Of a stretch of DNA of 64,000 nucleotides, positions 28,818 through 38,417 are shown piece after piece (position 1 is the stretch's first letter; every line of letters begins with the position of its first letter). The translations under genes were made by a program, and so were the position numbers. The notes beneath the pieces were generated by a model, which was not told where the DNA came from, did no database searches, and saw nothing but the letters and a program-made list of their open reading frames with translations. The stretch is taken from contig OZ246404.1 of NCBI GenBank assembly GCA_965230955.1, positions 1,060,024-1,124,023 on the forward strand, written 5' to 3'. Source of the DNA: an uncultured Candidatus Saccharibacteria bacterium. GTDB taxonomy: Bacteria > Patescibacteriota > CALEFQ01.

Positions 28818-29780
28818 TCAAATAAAGTTTTTCATCACACTGTCGCGGAAAAATTTCTCGCGATCGTCTTTTGTTCCGGTCAGATAAATTATATCCAAGC
28901 CCGGGCTAGTGTTCAGCTCCATCAACCAAGGACGTTCCCGGTCGTCAAAAATAAAATCAAGGGTATAGAGCGAATATGGGAAGAAAGACAGTCGTCGGTC
29001 AATTTTTTTTGCGATGGTCATGGCGGTCTTAGGTATGGCCTCTAAGGAAACCTTTTCCGCCTTAGCTCCTTGGTGAATATTCGTGAACAAAGAATCTTCC
29101 TTGGCTCGCCGTGAAAGCGCATAAATCAGCTCATGATTGGAAAAAATCAAACGCAAATCGGCCAACCCCGGTGCTTGGGAAACTCCCGGCACTCCTTTGG
29201 TATTCTCTTTAAATTCTTGCACCAACACCGGAAAGGGCAGATCTTTTTTGATAATTTCCAATGGAGAATCAATAGAAATTCCAAACCCACCGGAACCAAA
29301 CAGCGGCTTGACCACTATTTGCCCTGATTGTAACTGCGACAACGCTTCTTTTAATTCCCTGGGGCTGGAGGCGATGAAAGAAGCGGGCATAAATTCTCCC
29401 AAGCATAAAAATTGCGCCGCCTTACTACCCAGTAACGAACGAAACAAAGGATGATTGAATATCCGACAATTTTCGGAAATTTTCAATTTCAGGTCCAAGA
29501 GACCGCTTCCTTTAGCGCCGACCGTCTTATCAAAAACCAGATCCGGCACAATCAGTTTTTCGTGTTTTTCCCAGCGTCCCCCGACACTGGTCCAGGCTTT
29601 GGTAAATCCTTTTTTAGCGGTGTCATACCAATTTATCTCGGCGCGATAAACCGACACCCCTTGTTTTAGGCCAAATTCACACCACTCGGCCAAAGCCGCA
29701 GCGGTGGTTTCTGATCCGGTTTCGGGTAATTTTTTCGCCCAATCATCACCGGTATAAACTATGACTAATGATTTATTCAT
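28818..29780 (-). CDS. ATP-grasp fold enzyme (sugar-transfer-associated type), co-operonic with GT4
   Basis: IVVKPLFGSGGFGISI and WLMELNTSPGLDI ATP-grasp motifs. Tightly coupled to the GT4 gene. Confidence 0.6.
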   Translation of the reverse strand: MNKSLVIVYTGDDWAKKLPETGSETTAAALAEWCEFGLKQGVSVYRAEINWYDTAKKGFTKAWTSVGGRWEKHEKLIVPDLVFDKTVGAKGSGLLDLKLKISENCRIFNHPLFRSLLGSKAAQFLCLGEFMPASFIASSPRELKEALSQLQSGQIVVKPLFGSGGFGISIDSPLEIIKKDLPFPVLVQEFKENTKGVPGVSQAPGLADLRLIFSNHELIYALSRRAKEDSLFTNIHQGAKAEKVSLEAIPKTAMTIAKKIDRRLSFFPYSLYTLDFIFDDRERPWLMELNTSPGLDIIYLTGTKDDREKFFRDSVMKNFI

Positions 29781-29895
29781 AAATTTATTTAAGTATACCA
29801 GCTTTAGTATAGCAATTTCTGGATTTATTGAAAGCCTGGCAACTTGTCGGTGCGGGTCCGATCTGTTATGCTACGATAATCATTAAATAAAAAAC

Positions 29896-30684
29896 ATGGG
29901 ACCAACTACTAATTTAGAGAAACCGTTAGTAACGGTAATTACCCCCACGCTGAATCGCGCCCGCCGGATTCCCGACGCTATCAAAAGCGTTCTCAATCAG
30001 ACTCTGAAAAACTGGGAGCATATCATTATCGACGACGGCAGTAAAGACAACACCGAAGACGTCGTCCGCCGATTTCCTGATCACCGCATCATCTACATCA
30101 ATCGCTTTGAACAACGCGGGATTGGTGATACCAGAAACTTGGGTCTGCGCTTGGCTTCGGGAAAATACATCGCCTTTCTAGACTCAGATGATATGTTGCC
30201 CCGCGATAGCTTGGCCACCAGGGTAAAATTTTTCAAATCGCATCCGGAAACAGCGTTGGTTTTCGGACGTATGGATGTAGAAAAAAGCAAAAAGTACCTA
30301 AAGGAACTGAAGAAAATATCGCCTCAGCAAGGCAAAGCCGTCGCCGGCAAAAAGAAACTTTCCAGTCCGCCGGAAATGGAGATTATAAAAAATCGCAAAT
30401 CGGCCAAAGAAAAATTCGATTTACTAATTAAGGGGAATTTTATTCCTTCGGGCAGCGTCATGGTTCGCAAAGAAGTGCTAGACAAGCTGGGCGGCTTTGA
30501 TACATCATTTGTCGTCGCGGAAGACTATGATTTATGGTTGCGCATCGCCAAAAGACATGATATTTCTTTCATCGACAAGGTCTTGCTCCACTATCGCCGA
30601 TTTGAGGACTCTGTATTCCTGAGCGCGAAAAAACAGAAGCGCAACCAAAAATTCACCAGATTGGCCCAAGACAAAAATCGTTAA
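29896..30684 (+). CDS. glycosyltransferase family 2
   Basis: VITPTLNRA...IIDDGSKD...LDSDD GT2 DxD motifs. Confidence 0.8.
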   Translation: MGPTTNLEKPLVTVITPTLNRARRIPDAIKSVLNQTLKNWEHIIIDDGSKDNTEDVVRRFPDHRIIYINRFEQRGIGDTRNLGLRLASGKYIAFLDSDDMLPRDSLATRVKFFKSHPETALVFGRMDVEKSKKYLKELKKISPQQGKAVAGKKKLSSPPEMEIIKNRKSAKEKFDLLIKGNFIPSGSVMVRKEVLDKLGGFDTSFVVAEDYDLWLRIAKRHDISFIDKVLLHYRRFEDSVFLSAKKQKRNQKFTRLAQDKNR

Positions 30685-30730
30685 AATATTAAAAACCCTG
30701 CACCGTAAGGTATAGGGTTTTTAATATAGC

Positions 30731-31918
30731 TTATTTAACTCGGATAAATTTTCTCTTCCCCGCCTGAATAATCGTTCCTGCCTTGATCAAAACTCGGCTC
30801 TGCCAATCTTTTACGACCTGATCGTCAATTTTGACGCCGCCTTGTTCAATCAGCCGTCGCCCGACACTTTTACTGCTGATCAGCTTAGCTTCACTCAGAA
30901 GATCGATCACCGGCCACTCGCCTGATTTAATTGCAATCACCGGCATTTCAGTCGGTTTTTCTTTTTGGGAAAAGACACGAACAAATTCAGACGCCGCCAT
31001 GTCGGCAGCCTTTTCTCCATGATAAAGCTTGGCTATTTCCCGACCGAGCCTAATTTTTATATCACGAGGATTGCTTCCGCCAGATAATTCTTTTCGAATC
31101 ACTTGCAACTCGGCGTCAGAAATCTCGGTAGCCAGTTCAAAATACGGAACAATCTGCTCATCGGGAATGCTCATGACCTTGCCAAACTGTTGAATGGCTG
31201 ATTCGCTGATACCGATATAATTATCCAAACTCTTGCTCATTTTTTCGTGCCCATCAAGCCCAACCAAAATTTTCATAGTCATAATATCCTGAGGCGCTTG
31301 CCCCATCTTTTTTTGTAATTCTCGTCCGGCCAATAAATTAAATTTTTGGTCGGTTCCGCCCAGCTCAACGTCCGCTTTAAGCGCGACAGAATCATAGGCT
31401 TGCATCACAGGATATAGTAATTCATGCAGCCCGATATCAGCTCCTGATTTAAGACGTTTGGTAAAATCATCCCGCTCCAGAATCCGAGCTGCAGTAAAAT
31501 GTGATGCCAGTTTCAGAATATCAGCAAAACTCATCTTTTTAAACCACTCACTATTAAATCTAACCTCCGCCCGAGAAGTATCTAACACTTTACCAACCTG
31601 CTCCAAGTATGTCTTGGCGTTTTCTTTTACCTCCGGCGCTGATAATTGCGGTCGGGTCTTTGATTTTCCAGAAGGATCACCAATTAGGCCGGTATAATCA
31701 CCGATTAAAAAAATGATCGTGTGCCCTAAGGCTTGAAATTCTTTTAGTTTATTAAAGACCACACTGTGGCCCAAATGCAAATCTGGCCGTGACGGGTCAG
31801 CGCCAAACTTAATACGCAGCTTTTTACCTGATTTTAATCTTTGCTTTAATTCATCCGCCACCACAACTTCGGCCACTCGCCTATTCAAGAGAGTTTCAAT
31901 TTGTTGATCCATAGACAT
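30731..31918 (-). CDS. tyrS: tyrosyl-tRNA synthetase
   Basis: HLGH (HIGH-class) and KMSKS motifs, plus a C-terminal S4-like domain. Confidence 0.95.
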   Translation of the reverse strand: MSMDQQIETLLNRRVAEVVVADELKQRLKSGKKLRIKFGADPSRPDLHLGHSVVFNKLKEFQALGHTIIFLIGDYTGLIGDPSGKSKTRPQLSAPEVKENAKTYLEQVGKVLDTSRAEVRFNSEWFKKMSFADILKLASHFTAARILERDDFTKRLKSGADIGLHELLYPVMQAYDSVALKADVELGGTDQKFNLLAGRELQKKMGQAPQDIMTMKILVGLDGHEKMSKSLDNYIGISESAIQQFGKVMSIPDEQIVPYFELATEISDAELQVIRKELSGGSNPRDIKIRLGREIAKLYHGEKAADMAASEFVRVFSQKEKPTEMPVIAIKSGEWPVIDLLSEAKLISSKSVGRRLIEQGGVKIDDQVVKDWQSRVLIKAGTIIQAGKRKFIRVK

Positions 31919-32104
31919 AAGATGTAATTTAATCTTTCTACATTGTAGCGTGTTTAAGGTGAAATTCCAAGCATTAAATGTAAAATATATTTGTCGGCCG
32001 GTAATCTCATTTTCCGTTATTTACCGTCTAAATCATCGTTTTATTGTTGCTAGAAGTGATAAAAACGCCTTGTTTTTTCTTATTTTTAAGCTATAATTCA
32101 TCAT

Positions 32105-35011
32105 ATGACACCTCGCCCCGCCCAATCATGGTTTTATCAAGAATCCCGCCCCAGCGGGACTCTTTGGGGTAAAAAAGGTAAATCCCAACCGGATAAACCG
32201 AAAAAAGAGTCCGGCCAGGCAAAAGATCCGCTGAAAAAGAAGAAGCGCTGGAAGAAAACCCTGAAAATCATCGGATATACTTTTCTGGTATTGGCTTTGT
32301 TTATTGTGGCTGTTTTCTTATGGGTCGCCAAAGATTTACCATCCAGCAAAGACATCTTGAGCGGACGCCTGGTAGATCAGGCCACGCAAATTTATGACCG
32401 CACCGGCGAACACCTCTTGTTTGAAATTCACGGCGATGAAAACCGCACTCTGGTAAAAATCAATGATCTGCCGGCTTATGTCCACCAAGCCACCGTGGCG
32501 ATCGAAGACGATTCTTTTTACCGCCACCCGGGCTTTGATGTCATGGGTATTATGCGCGCCGCCTGGAAAGATATCACCGGGCAGGGGTATTCCCAGGGCG
32601 GTTCGACCATAACCCAACAGCTGATCAAAAATACCATTCTGACTCCGGAAAAAACTTTCACGCGCAAGGTGAAAGAATTAATTATGTCGATTGAGTTGGA
32701 AATAAAACTTAGCAAAAGCGAAATTCTGGAATTATATCTAAATGCCATTCCTTACGGTTCAAATGCTTATGGAATCGAAGCCGCGGCGCAGACATTTTTC
32801 GGCAAGCCGGCGGAAGAATTGACCGTTAGCGAATCGGCTTTACTGGCCGGACTCCCCCGGGCGCCGACTTATTATTCCCCTGTCAATCATCCCGAACGAG
32901 CCAAAGCCCGGCAAGAAAAAGTTCTCGATCGCATGGCTGAATTAGGCTATATTTCAGAGGAAAAGGCGGCTGAGGCCAAAGCGGAAAACATAAAAGTCAC
33001 CATCAGAAAAAATATCGCCACAGCGCCACATTTTGTCGATTATCTGAAAGAAGTGCTGGTTGATGAATATGGCATAAAGAAAGTAGAAACCGGCGGACTA
33101 AAAGTCATCTCCACCCTAAATATTGATCATCAAAAAATAGCAGAAGAAGTCATTTCGGAACAACGCGCGGCTAATACCAAATACGACGTTCATAACGGCG
33201 CGTTAATCTCTGTTGACGCTAAAACCGGCGAAATTTTATCAATGGTGGGATCGGTTGACTACTATACCGATGATGACGAAGGTGGAAAAATGGACGGCCA
33301 AGTGAATGTTACCACCGCCTACCGCTCCCCCGGATCTTCGATCAAACCATTGGAATATTCCACAGCCTTTGCCAGAGGTTTCCCGCCGACCACGATGGTT
33401 TATGACGTAAAGACGTCTTTCCCCGACGGCAGTGGTAAAGATTACACTCCGAAAAATTTCAGCGGAGGCTTTGCCGGACCTATTTCTTTTCGCTCGGCCC
33501 TGCAGCAATCATTGAATATTCCAGCGGTAAAAGCGTACTACCTGGCGGGAGCGGAAAATGTTTCCACGATGGCCGCCAAACTTGGTTATGATAATTTTGT
33601 CGCCGGCAAGGAATACGGCTTGGCCACCGCCATTGGCGGCCGAGAAGTTACAGCGCTGGATCACGTGGGGATGTATCAAACTTTTGCTAACAGAGGAAAA
33701 TTAAAAGACCCCACCGGAATTATAAAAGTAACCGATTCGACCGGCACTGTCCTGGAAGAAATCGACCCTAATCGCGGCGAACAAGTCATGGATCAAAATG
33801 TCGCCGATACGATGAATAATGTGCTCTCTGATAACGGTGCCAGAACATGGGGAAAGCGGGAATTGGTTCTCAAGGATCGTCCGGTGGCCGCGAAAACCGG
33901 CACCAGTAATAAAGAATTTGGTTCCGGTATCCGGCCAAATAATCTCTGGACTTGCGGCTATACGCCTCAGATCGCCACGGCTGTTTGGGTCGGTAATAGC
34001 AACGGTTCGGCGCTCGCCGCCAGCGCCGAAGGATTGATAAACGCCGCGCCGATTTGGCAGAAATATATGAACCGCGTACATGAAGGTTTGCCGGTCGAAG
34101 ATTTTTCTGAACCAAAAACAATCGAATCAAATAAGCCGATGCTGCAAGGAAAAATATCGGGAGAAATTGAAGTTGAAATCTGCCAGCCCTCCGGTTTGCT
34201 CGCTAATGAGTATTGCCCGGCTTCAAAAAGAGAAAAAAAGAAATTTCGCGATTCTCATTGTATTCTCTATTATGTCAATCGCAAGGATCCCATGGGCGAC
34301 CGCTTGAAAAACCCTAAGGAAGACCCGCAATTCCAAAATTGGGAAGAAGGCGTGAGAGCTTGGGCCCAATCCAGTGATTACGGCGGAATTCCGCCCACTG
34401 AAACCGACACCCTGCACAATCCTGAAAACTGGCCGTCAATTTCAATTACCTCGCCCAATAGCGGAGAAACGATCACTTCCGGGATTTTCTCGGTCACCGT
34501 AAACGCCTCGGGCAAAAATCAGCTCAAAGAAGTGATTTACAGCGTGGACGGGAAAAAGGTCGGATCTTCGACCAAAAGCCCATTTAGCGCCAGTTTGGTG
34601 CTACCGGCGGGTATTACCAACGGCTTTCATACCCTAAGCGCCACGGTCTATGACATTGCCGACAACAAAGCCGAGACCAATATCGATCTGAATTTCAAAG
34701 TCACTAATGTCAAACCTTCGGTGTCGATGCTCTCGCCCGGCAGCGGAACATCTGTTTCCGCCGGAGCCGCCGTCTTGGTATCAGCCAAGGCCTCAGGGAG
34801 TACTCCTATTACCAGAGTGGAGTTTTTTGCCCAGTCGCCGGACGGCGCCGTGACGTCTTTTGGGGCCGATTCTTCGCCCGACGGATCCGGGACATACGGA
34901 ATGACTTGGACCGCGGCCGGTGCCAAAGGCACTTATTACTTATTTGCCCAGGTTCAAGATGAATCTGGCAATAGCGCTCAGAGCGGAAAAGTTTCGGTAG
35001 CGGTTAATTAA
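32105..35011 (+). CDS. bifunctional class A penicillin-binding protein (glycosyltransferase GT51 + transpeptidase) with C-terminal Ig-like domains
   Basis: GT51 motifs (AIEDDSFYRHPGFD, GGSTITQQL), SxxK/SxN/KTG transpeptidase motifs, and an N-terminal TM anchor. Confidence 0.9.
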   Translation: MTPRPAQSWFYQESRPSGTLWGKKGKSQPDKPKKESGQAKDPLKKKKRWKKTLKIIGYTFLVLALFIVAVFLWVAKDLPSSKDILSGRLVDQATQIYDRTGEHLLFEIHGDENRTLVKINDLPAYVHQATVAIEDDSFYRHPGFDVMGIMRAAWKDITGQGYSQGGSTITQQLIKNTILTPEKTFTRKVKELIMSIELEIKLSKSEILELYLNAIPYGSNAYGIEAAAQTFFGKPAEELTVSESALLAGLPRAPTYYSPVNHPERAKARQEKVLDRMAELGYISEEKAAEAKAENIKVTIRKNIATAPHFVDYLKEVLVDEYGIKKVETGGLKVISTLNIDHQKIAEEVISEQRAANTKYDVHNGALISVDAKTGEILSMVGSVDYYTDDDEGGKMDGQVNVTTAYRSPGSSIKPLEYSTAFARGFPPTTMVYDVKTSFPDGSGKDYTPKNFSGGFAGPISFRSALQQSLNIPAVKAYYLAGAENVSTMAAKLGYDNFVAGKEYGLATAIGGREVTALDHVGMYQTFANRGKLKDPTGIIKVTDSTGTVLEEIDPNRGEQVMDQNVADTMNNVLSDNGARTWGKRELVLKDRPVAAKTGTSNKEFGSGIRPNNLWTCGYTPQIATAVWVGNSNGSALAASAEGLINAAPIWQKYMNRVHEGLPVEDFSEPKTIESNKPMLQGKISGEIEVEICQPSGLLANEYCPASKREKKKFRDSHCILYYVNRKDPMGDRLKNPKEDPQFQNWEEGVRAWAQSSDYGGIPPTETDTLHNPENWPSISITSPNSGETITSGIFSVTVNASGKNQLKEVIYSVDGKKVGSSTKSPFSASLVLPAGITNGFHTLSATVYDIADNKAETNIDLNFKVTNVKPSVSMLSPGSGTSVSAGAAVLVSAKASGSTPITRVEFFAQSPDGAVTSFGADSSPDGSGTYGMTWTAAGAKGTYYLFAQVQDESGNSAQSGKVSVAVN

Positions 35012-35030
35012 AACAAATAAAGTAAATACC

Positions 35031-35378
35031 ATGAAAAAATTAGTCTATATCGTCACTAGGAAAAAACATTCCGGCAATCTGGTCAAAGATCTGCTGGCTC
35101 AAGGTTTTTATGTGACTGAATTGGAAGCTAATGGCGGTTTTTCCAGGGAGAAAATTTCCATCATCTTGATCGGGACAGAGGCGGAAAAGATTGAAACCTT
35201 GATTCAGATCGCCAAGAAGAATTGCTCATCGCACGAAGAAATAAATGTCAACGGTGTTCCCCTGCCGGTGCAGGGACAGGAAGATTTAATCCAGTCGCAA
35301 ACCGGCGATAAAGTCAGAGTCAAAGTCGGCGGAGCCACTATTTTCATTTCCCCGCTCGACCGTATTGAAAAAATATAA
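35031..35378 (+). CDS. DarA/PstA-like PII-fold protein (DUF970, c-di-AMP receptor family)
   Basis: GGFSREKISIILIG and GGATIFISPLDRIEKI align with the YaaQ/DarA family (GGFLKAGNTTFLIG ... GGATVFVLPVERFEQF). Confidence 0.65.
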   Translation: MKKLVYIVTRKKHSGNLVKDLLAQGFYVTELEANGGFSREKISIILIGTEAEKIETLIQIAKKNCSSHEEINVNGVPLPVQGQEDLIQSQTGDKVRVKVGGATIFISPLDRIEKI

Positions 35379-35380
35379 TC

Positions 35381-36691
35381 ATGTCAAAAATAGACCCTGA
35401 GTTAAAAAACTCTCTCGATCAACTGGATCAAGAGAAAAAAAAGAAAAGAAAAAAAGGCTGCCTGCGAGCCTTTTTGATCGTCTTGGCCGCTTTGGCCATT
35501 TTGATCGGTGTGGGATATTTATTGTTTCTCTCTCCTTTTGCCATTCCGGGCTTGGGGCTACACGGCGAAACCAGCGGGCAAATCAATGTTTTGGTGCTTG
35601 GTCGGGGCGGCGAAGGCCATAGCGGTGCCAACCTCACCGACACGATAATGATGGTTATGATCCGCCCGAAAGAAAAACGGGTGGCTATGCTCTCTATCCC
35701 CCGTGATTTATGGGTCAATACGCCCAAATATGGCGAAAGTAAAATTAATGCCGTCTTTAGCGAGGCAAAAAACTCCGGCAAAAGCGATGAGGCGGCGATC
35801 GACCTGGTTAAACAACACGTAGAAGATATTACCGGCTTTAAACCGAATTATTACGCTTTAATCGACTTTGAAGGCATGCGGGAGATGGTTGACGCTATCG
35901 GTGGAATCGATGTTAATGTTGATACGGAATTCAATGATACCTTGCACAAAATACATTATAAAAAAGGAGGTAATCATTTCGACGGCGAACAAGCGGTGAT
36001 GTATTCCCGCGCCCGTTACGCCGATTCCGGCGAGGGGACAGATTTTCAGCGCGCCGATCGCCAGCAAGATATCATTATGGCCATCAAAGATAAAGCCATG
36101 ACTTCGGAAGTTTTACTGAATCCGGGAAAACTCAGCGCCCTGTCGGAACAATATCAGAAAAATATCATTACCGACATCAGCCTGATGGAATTGAGCCGAT
36201 TGCGGGTCCTGGCCGGCGATCTATCCGACGATAAAACAATCAAAGCGGTGTATAGCACGGCCAATGTTCTGGTTTCGGGTAAATCGAGCGGCGGTTCCTA
36301 TATCCTTAAGCCGAAATCCGGCGATTGGACCGAAACAAAAGCTTTTGCTAAAAACATCTTCAAGGATCAGCCTTCGGTGATGATCCTTAACGGCACTAAG
36401 GAAATCGGCAAAGCAAAAAACGAAGCGGAGAGTTTAAAGGCCTCCGGCTATAATGTTCTGGGACAGGCCGATGCCGATAATCATACCTATATCCAAACTT
36501 TGGTTTATGATAATCGTGAAAATTATAAAAAAGAAGCCCAGAAATTAGCTGGACGATATCAGGGCGTGGTTGCTGAGGGAAAATATAAGGAAGATCGAGC
36601 CGATTTGGTTGTTGTCCTGGGACAAGGAGAAGTGAAAACGGCTTGGTACGAGAAGCTTTGGGATTGGCTGTCACCGGATAAAAATATTTAA
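35381..36691 (+). CDS. LytR-CpsA-Psr (LCP) family cell-envelope phosphotransferase
   Basis: N-terminal TM, then LCP core (NVLVLGRGGEGHSGANLTDTIMMV ... LSIPRDLWV ... RARY). Confidence 0.8.
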   Translation: MSKIDPELKNSLDQLDQEKKKKRKKGCLRAFLIVLAALAILIGVGYLLFLSPFAIPGLGLHGETSGQINVLVLGRGGEGHSGANLTDTIMMVMIRPKEKRVAMLSIPRDLWVNTPKYGESKINAVFSEAKNSGKSDEAAIDLVKQHVEDITGFKPNYYALIDFEGMREMVDAIGGIDVNVDTEFNDTLHKIHYKKGGNHFDGEQAVMYSRARYADSGEGTDFQRADRQQDIIMAIKDKAMTSEVLLNPGKLSALSEQYQKNIITDISLMELSRLRVLAGDLSDDKTIKAVYSTANVLVSGKSSGGSYILKPKSGDWTETKAFAKNIFKDQPSVMILNGTKEIGKAKNEAESLKASGYNVLGQADADNHTYIQTLVYDNRENYKKEAQKLAGRYQGVVAEGKYKEDRADLVVVLGQGEVKTAWYEKLWDWLSPDKNI

Positions 36692-36693
36692 TT

Positions 36694-36984
36694 TTACTTA
36701 ATGATAATCTTTATCCGCTCGATTTTTTGGGCGGATTTTTTGTTTATTCGTTCCAAGAGTTCCGGTTCCCGCCAATGCAAGGCCTGGGCATAATTAGACG
36801 AAGGAACGGATATTTTTATGACACCTTCGGCAAAAGAAATTGTTTCCATCGGCGCCAAAACTTCGGCGGGAAATATTTGAGCCGCTTCGGTTTCAAAAAT
36901 CTGACAAACGGAAGTGGCGGCGATAGGCGCTTGTAAGCCGTAACGACTGACGATTTTTTGTAATTCATCCTTAATATTGTTCAT
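36694..36984 (-). CDS. DUF721 (DciA-like) small protein downstream of recF
   Basis: Size, and the conserved position after recF with a 4-nt overlap. Sequence similarity is weak. Confidence 0.4.
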   Translation of the reverse strand: MNNIKDELQKIVSRYGLQAPIAATSVCQIFETEAAQIFPAEVLAPMETISFAEGVIKISVPSSNYAQALHWREPELLERINKKSAQKIERIKIIIK

Positions 36985-38117
36985 TGCGATATTTTTAATT
37001 GCCCGCCGGTAACTTGGAAAACTTTAGCCGGATTAATATAATCCTTATCCAGACTGGATAAATCGGTGGTGGTTAAAAAGCACTGCGAACCGCTCAATCT
37101 GCGAGCTAAGGTGGCGCGACGAAAAATATCCAGTTCGGAAAAAACATCGTCCAAAAGCAATACCGGTATTTTTTCTACCTGGTCTTCAATAAATTTCTTC
37201 TCGCCTAATTTCAGAGACAAGACCGCACTGCGCCATTCTCCGCGCGATCCGCTTTTTTCTAATGGCCGCCCGTTAATGTTGAAAATAAAATCATCGCGAT
37301 GCGGGCCGAGAGTTGTTTGCTTCATAACCAGATCGCGGTTCCAGCTCTGCAGCCAGTTTTTCTGTAGCAAAGCTTGTAGCTGTTTTATCTCAACCAGCGA
37401 CTCGATTCCCGGCAGGTGCAGTGCCGGCTGATAAGATATTTTTAAATCGCTTTTATCTCGGCTGATTTCCCGATAATCAAAGGACAGTCTTTGATTAATG
37501 GCTTCGATAAAGGCGGAGCGCTCTTTGATTAAACGGCTTCCCTCTTCGGCCATTTGGGCTTCCCATATTTCCGCTTCACCGCGCTTGGCTTGAACGCCTA
37601 AAGGAGAAAAAAACAAAGAATTACGCTGTTCCAGAGCCTGTTGATAGCGTTGCAAAGATTCATAATATCTGGGGGAAATTTGCCCTAAAACTATATCGAG
37701 ATAGCGGCGTCTTTCCTTGGGGGCGGCGGCCACCAGCATTAAATCATCCGGTGAAAATAAAACGGTCAGAAACTTTCCCACCACAGAACGAGTTGAAACT
37801 TTGGAACTATTAAGAGTAATTTGTCTTTTTACCGGCAGGTCTGCGCCTTCATTAACCAGCGCCGCCGCGATTTTGTGATTTTGCCCCGATTCCATGATAT
37901 CTCCTTCTATTCTCGCCACTTGTGTCCCCCAAGCAACCAAATCAAGTCCATGAGAGGCGCGCCAAGATTTAAACAATGACAAAAAACGAATCGCTTCCAA
38001 GAGATTCGTTTTTCCAGCCGCGTTGGCGCCAACCAGAATAGTCGCCTGATCAACAAACTGGACCGCTAGCTGTTTATAATTTCTAAAGTTTTTAAGTTTA
38101 AGCGAAGTTAAATACAT
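36981..38117 (-). CDS. recF: DNA replication and repair protein RecF
   Basis: Walker A GANAAGKTNLLEAI, plus signature and Walker B regions. Its position follows dnaN. Confidence 0.9.
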   Translation of the reverse strand: MYLTSLKLKNFRNYKQLAVQFVDQATILVGANAAGKTNLLEAIRFLSLFKSWRASHGLDLVAWGTQVARIEGDIMESGQNHKIAAALVNEGADLPVKRQITLNSSKVSTRSVVGKFLTVLFSPDDLMLVAAAPKERRRYLDIVLGQISPRYYESLQRYQQALEQRNSLFFSPLGVQAKRGEAEIWEAQMAEEGSRLIKERSAFIEAINQRLSFDYREISRDKSDLKISYQPALHLPGIESLVEIKQLQALLQKNWLQSWNRDLVMKQTTLGPHRDDFIFNINGRPLEKSGSRGEWRSAVLSLKLGEKKFIEDQVEKIPVLLLDDVFSELDIFRRATLARRLSGSQCFLTTTDLSSLDKDYINPAKVFQVTGGQLKISQ

Positions 38118-38122
38118 AGCCC

Positions 38123-38416
38123 TTATTTTTTGGGCGAGGTGAGCGGATCAAAACCGGAATCAATCTCTTGTTTATCATTGTAACCATCGCCATCGGTGTC
38201 TTTATTACGCGGATCGGTTCGATAAATATCTTTTTCCTGTTTATCGGTCAAGCCATCGCCGTCGCTATCAATCTTGTCATCAAGTAAACCGCCTGAAACC
38301 GGTGCCTTTTGGGTATCGCCGGACCAATAATAAGCGGCGGCAAAATAGGCGCTTGTGCCCAGGGCACATACACCCAAAACCGCTAAAATCAGAGCAATAA
38401 TCAAGAGGATTTTCAT
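38123..38416 (-). CDS. small secreted protein with thrombospondin-type-3-like Ca-binding repeats (DxDxDG)
   Basis: Signal or TM segment, then DSDGDGLTDKQEKD and DTDGDGYNDKQE repeats. It is inserted between dnaN and recF. Confidence 0.5.
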   Translation of the reverse strand: MKILLIIALILAVLGVCALGTSAYFAAAYYWSGDTQKAPVSGGLLDDKIDSDGDGLTDKQEKDIYRTDPRNKDTDGDGYNDKQEIDSGFDPLTSPKK

Positions 38417-38417
38417 T

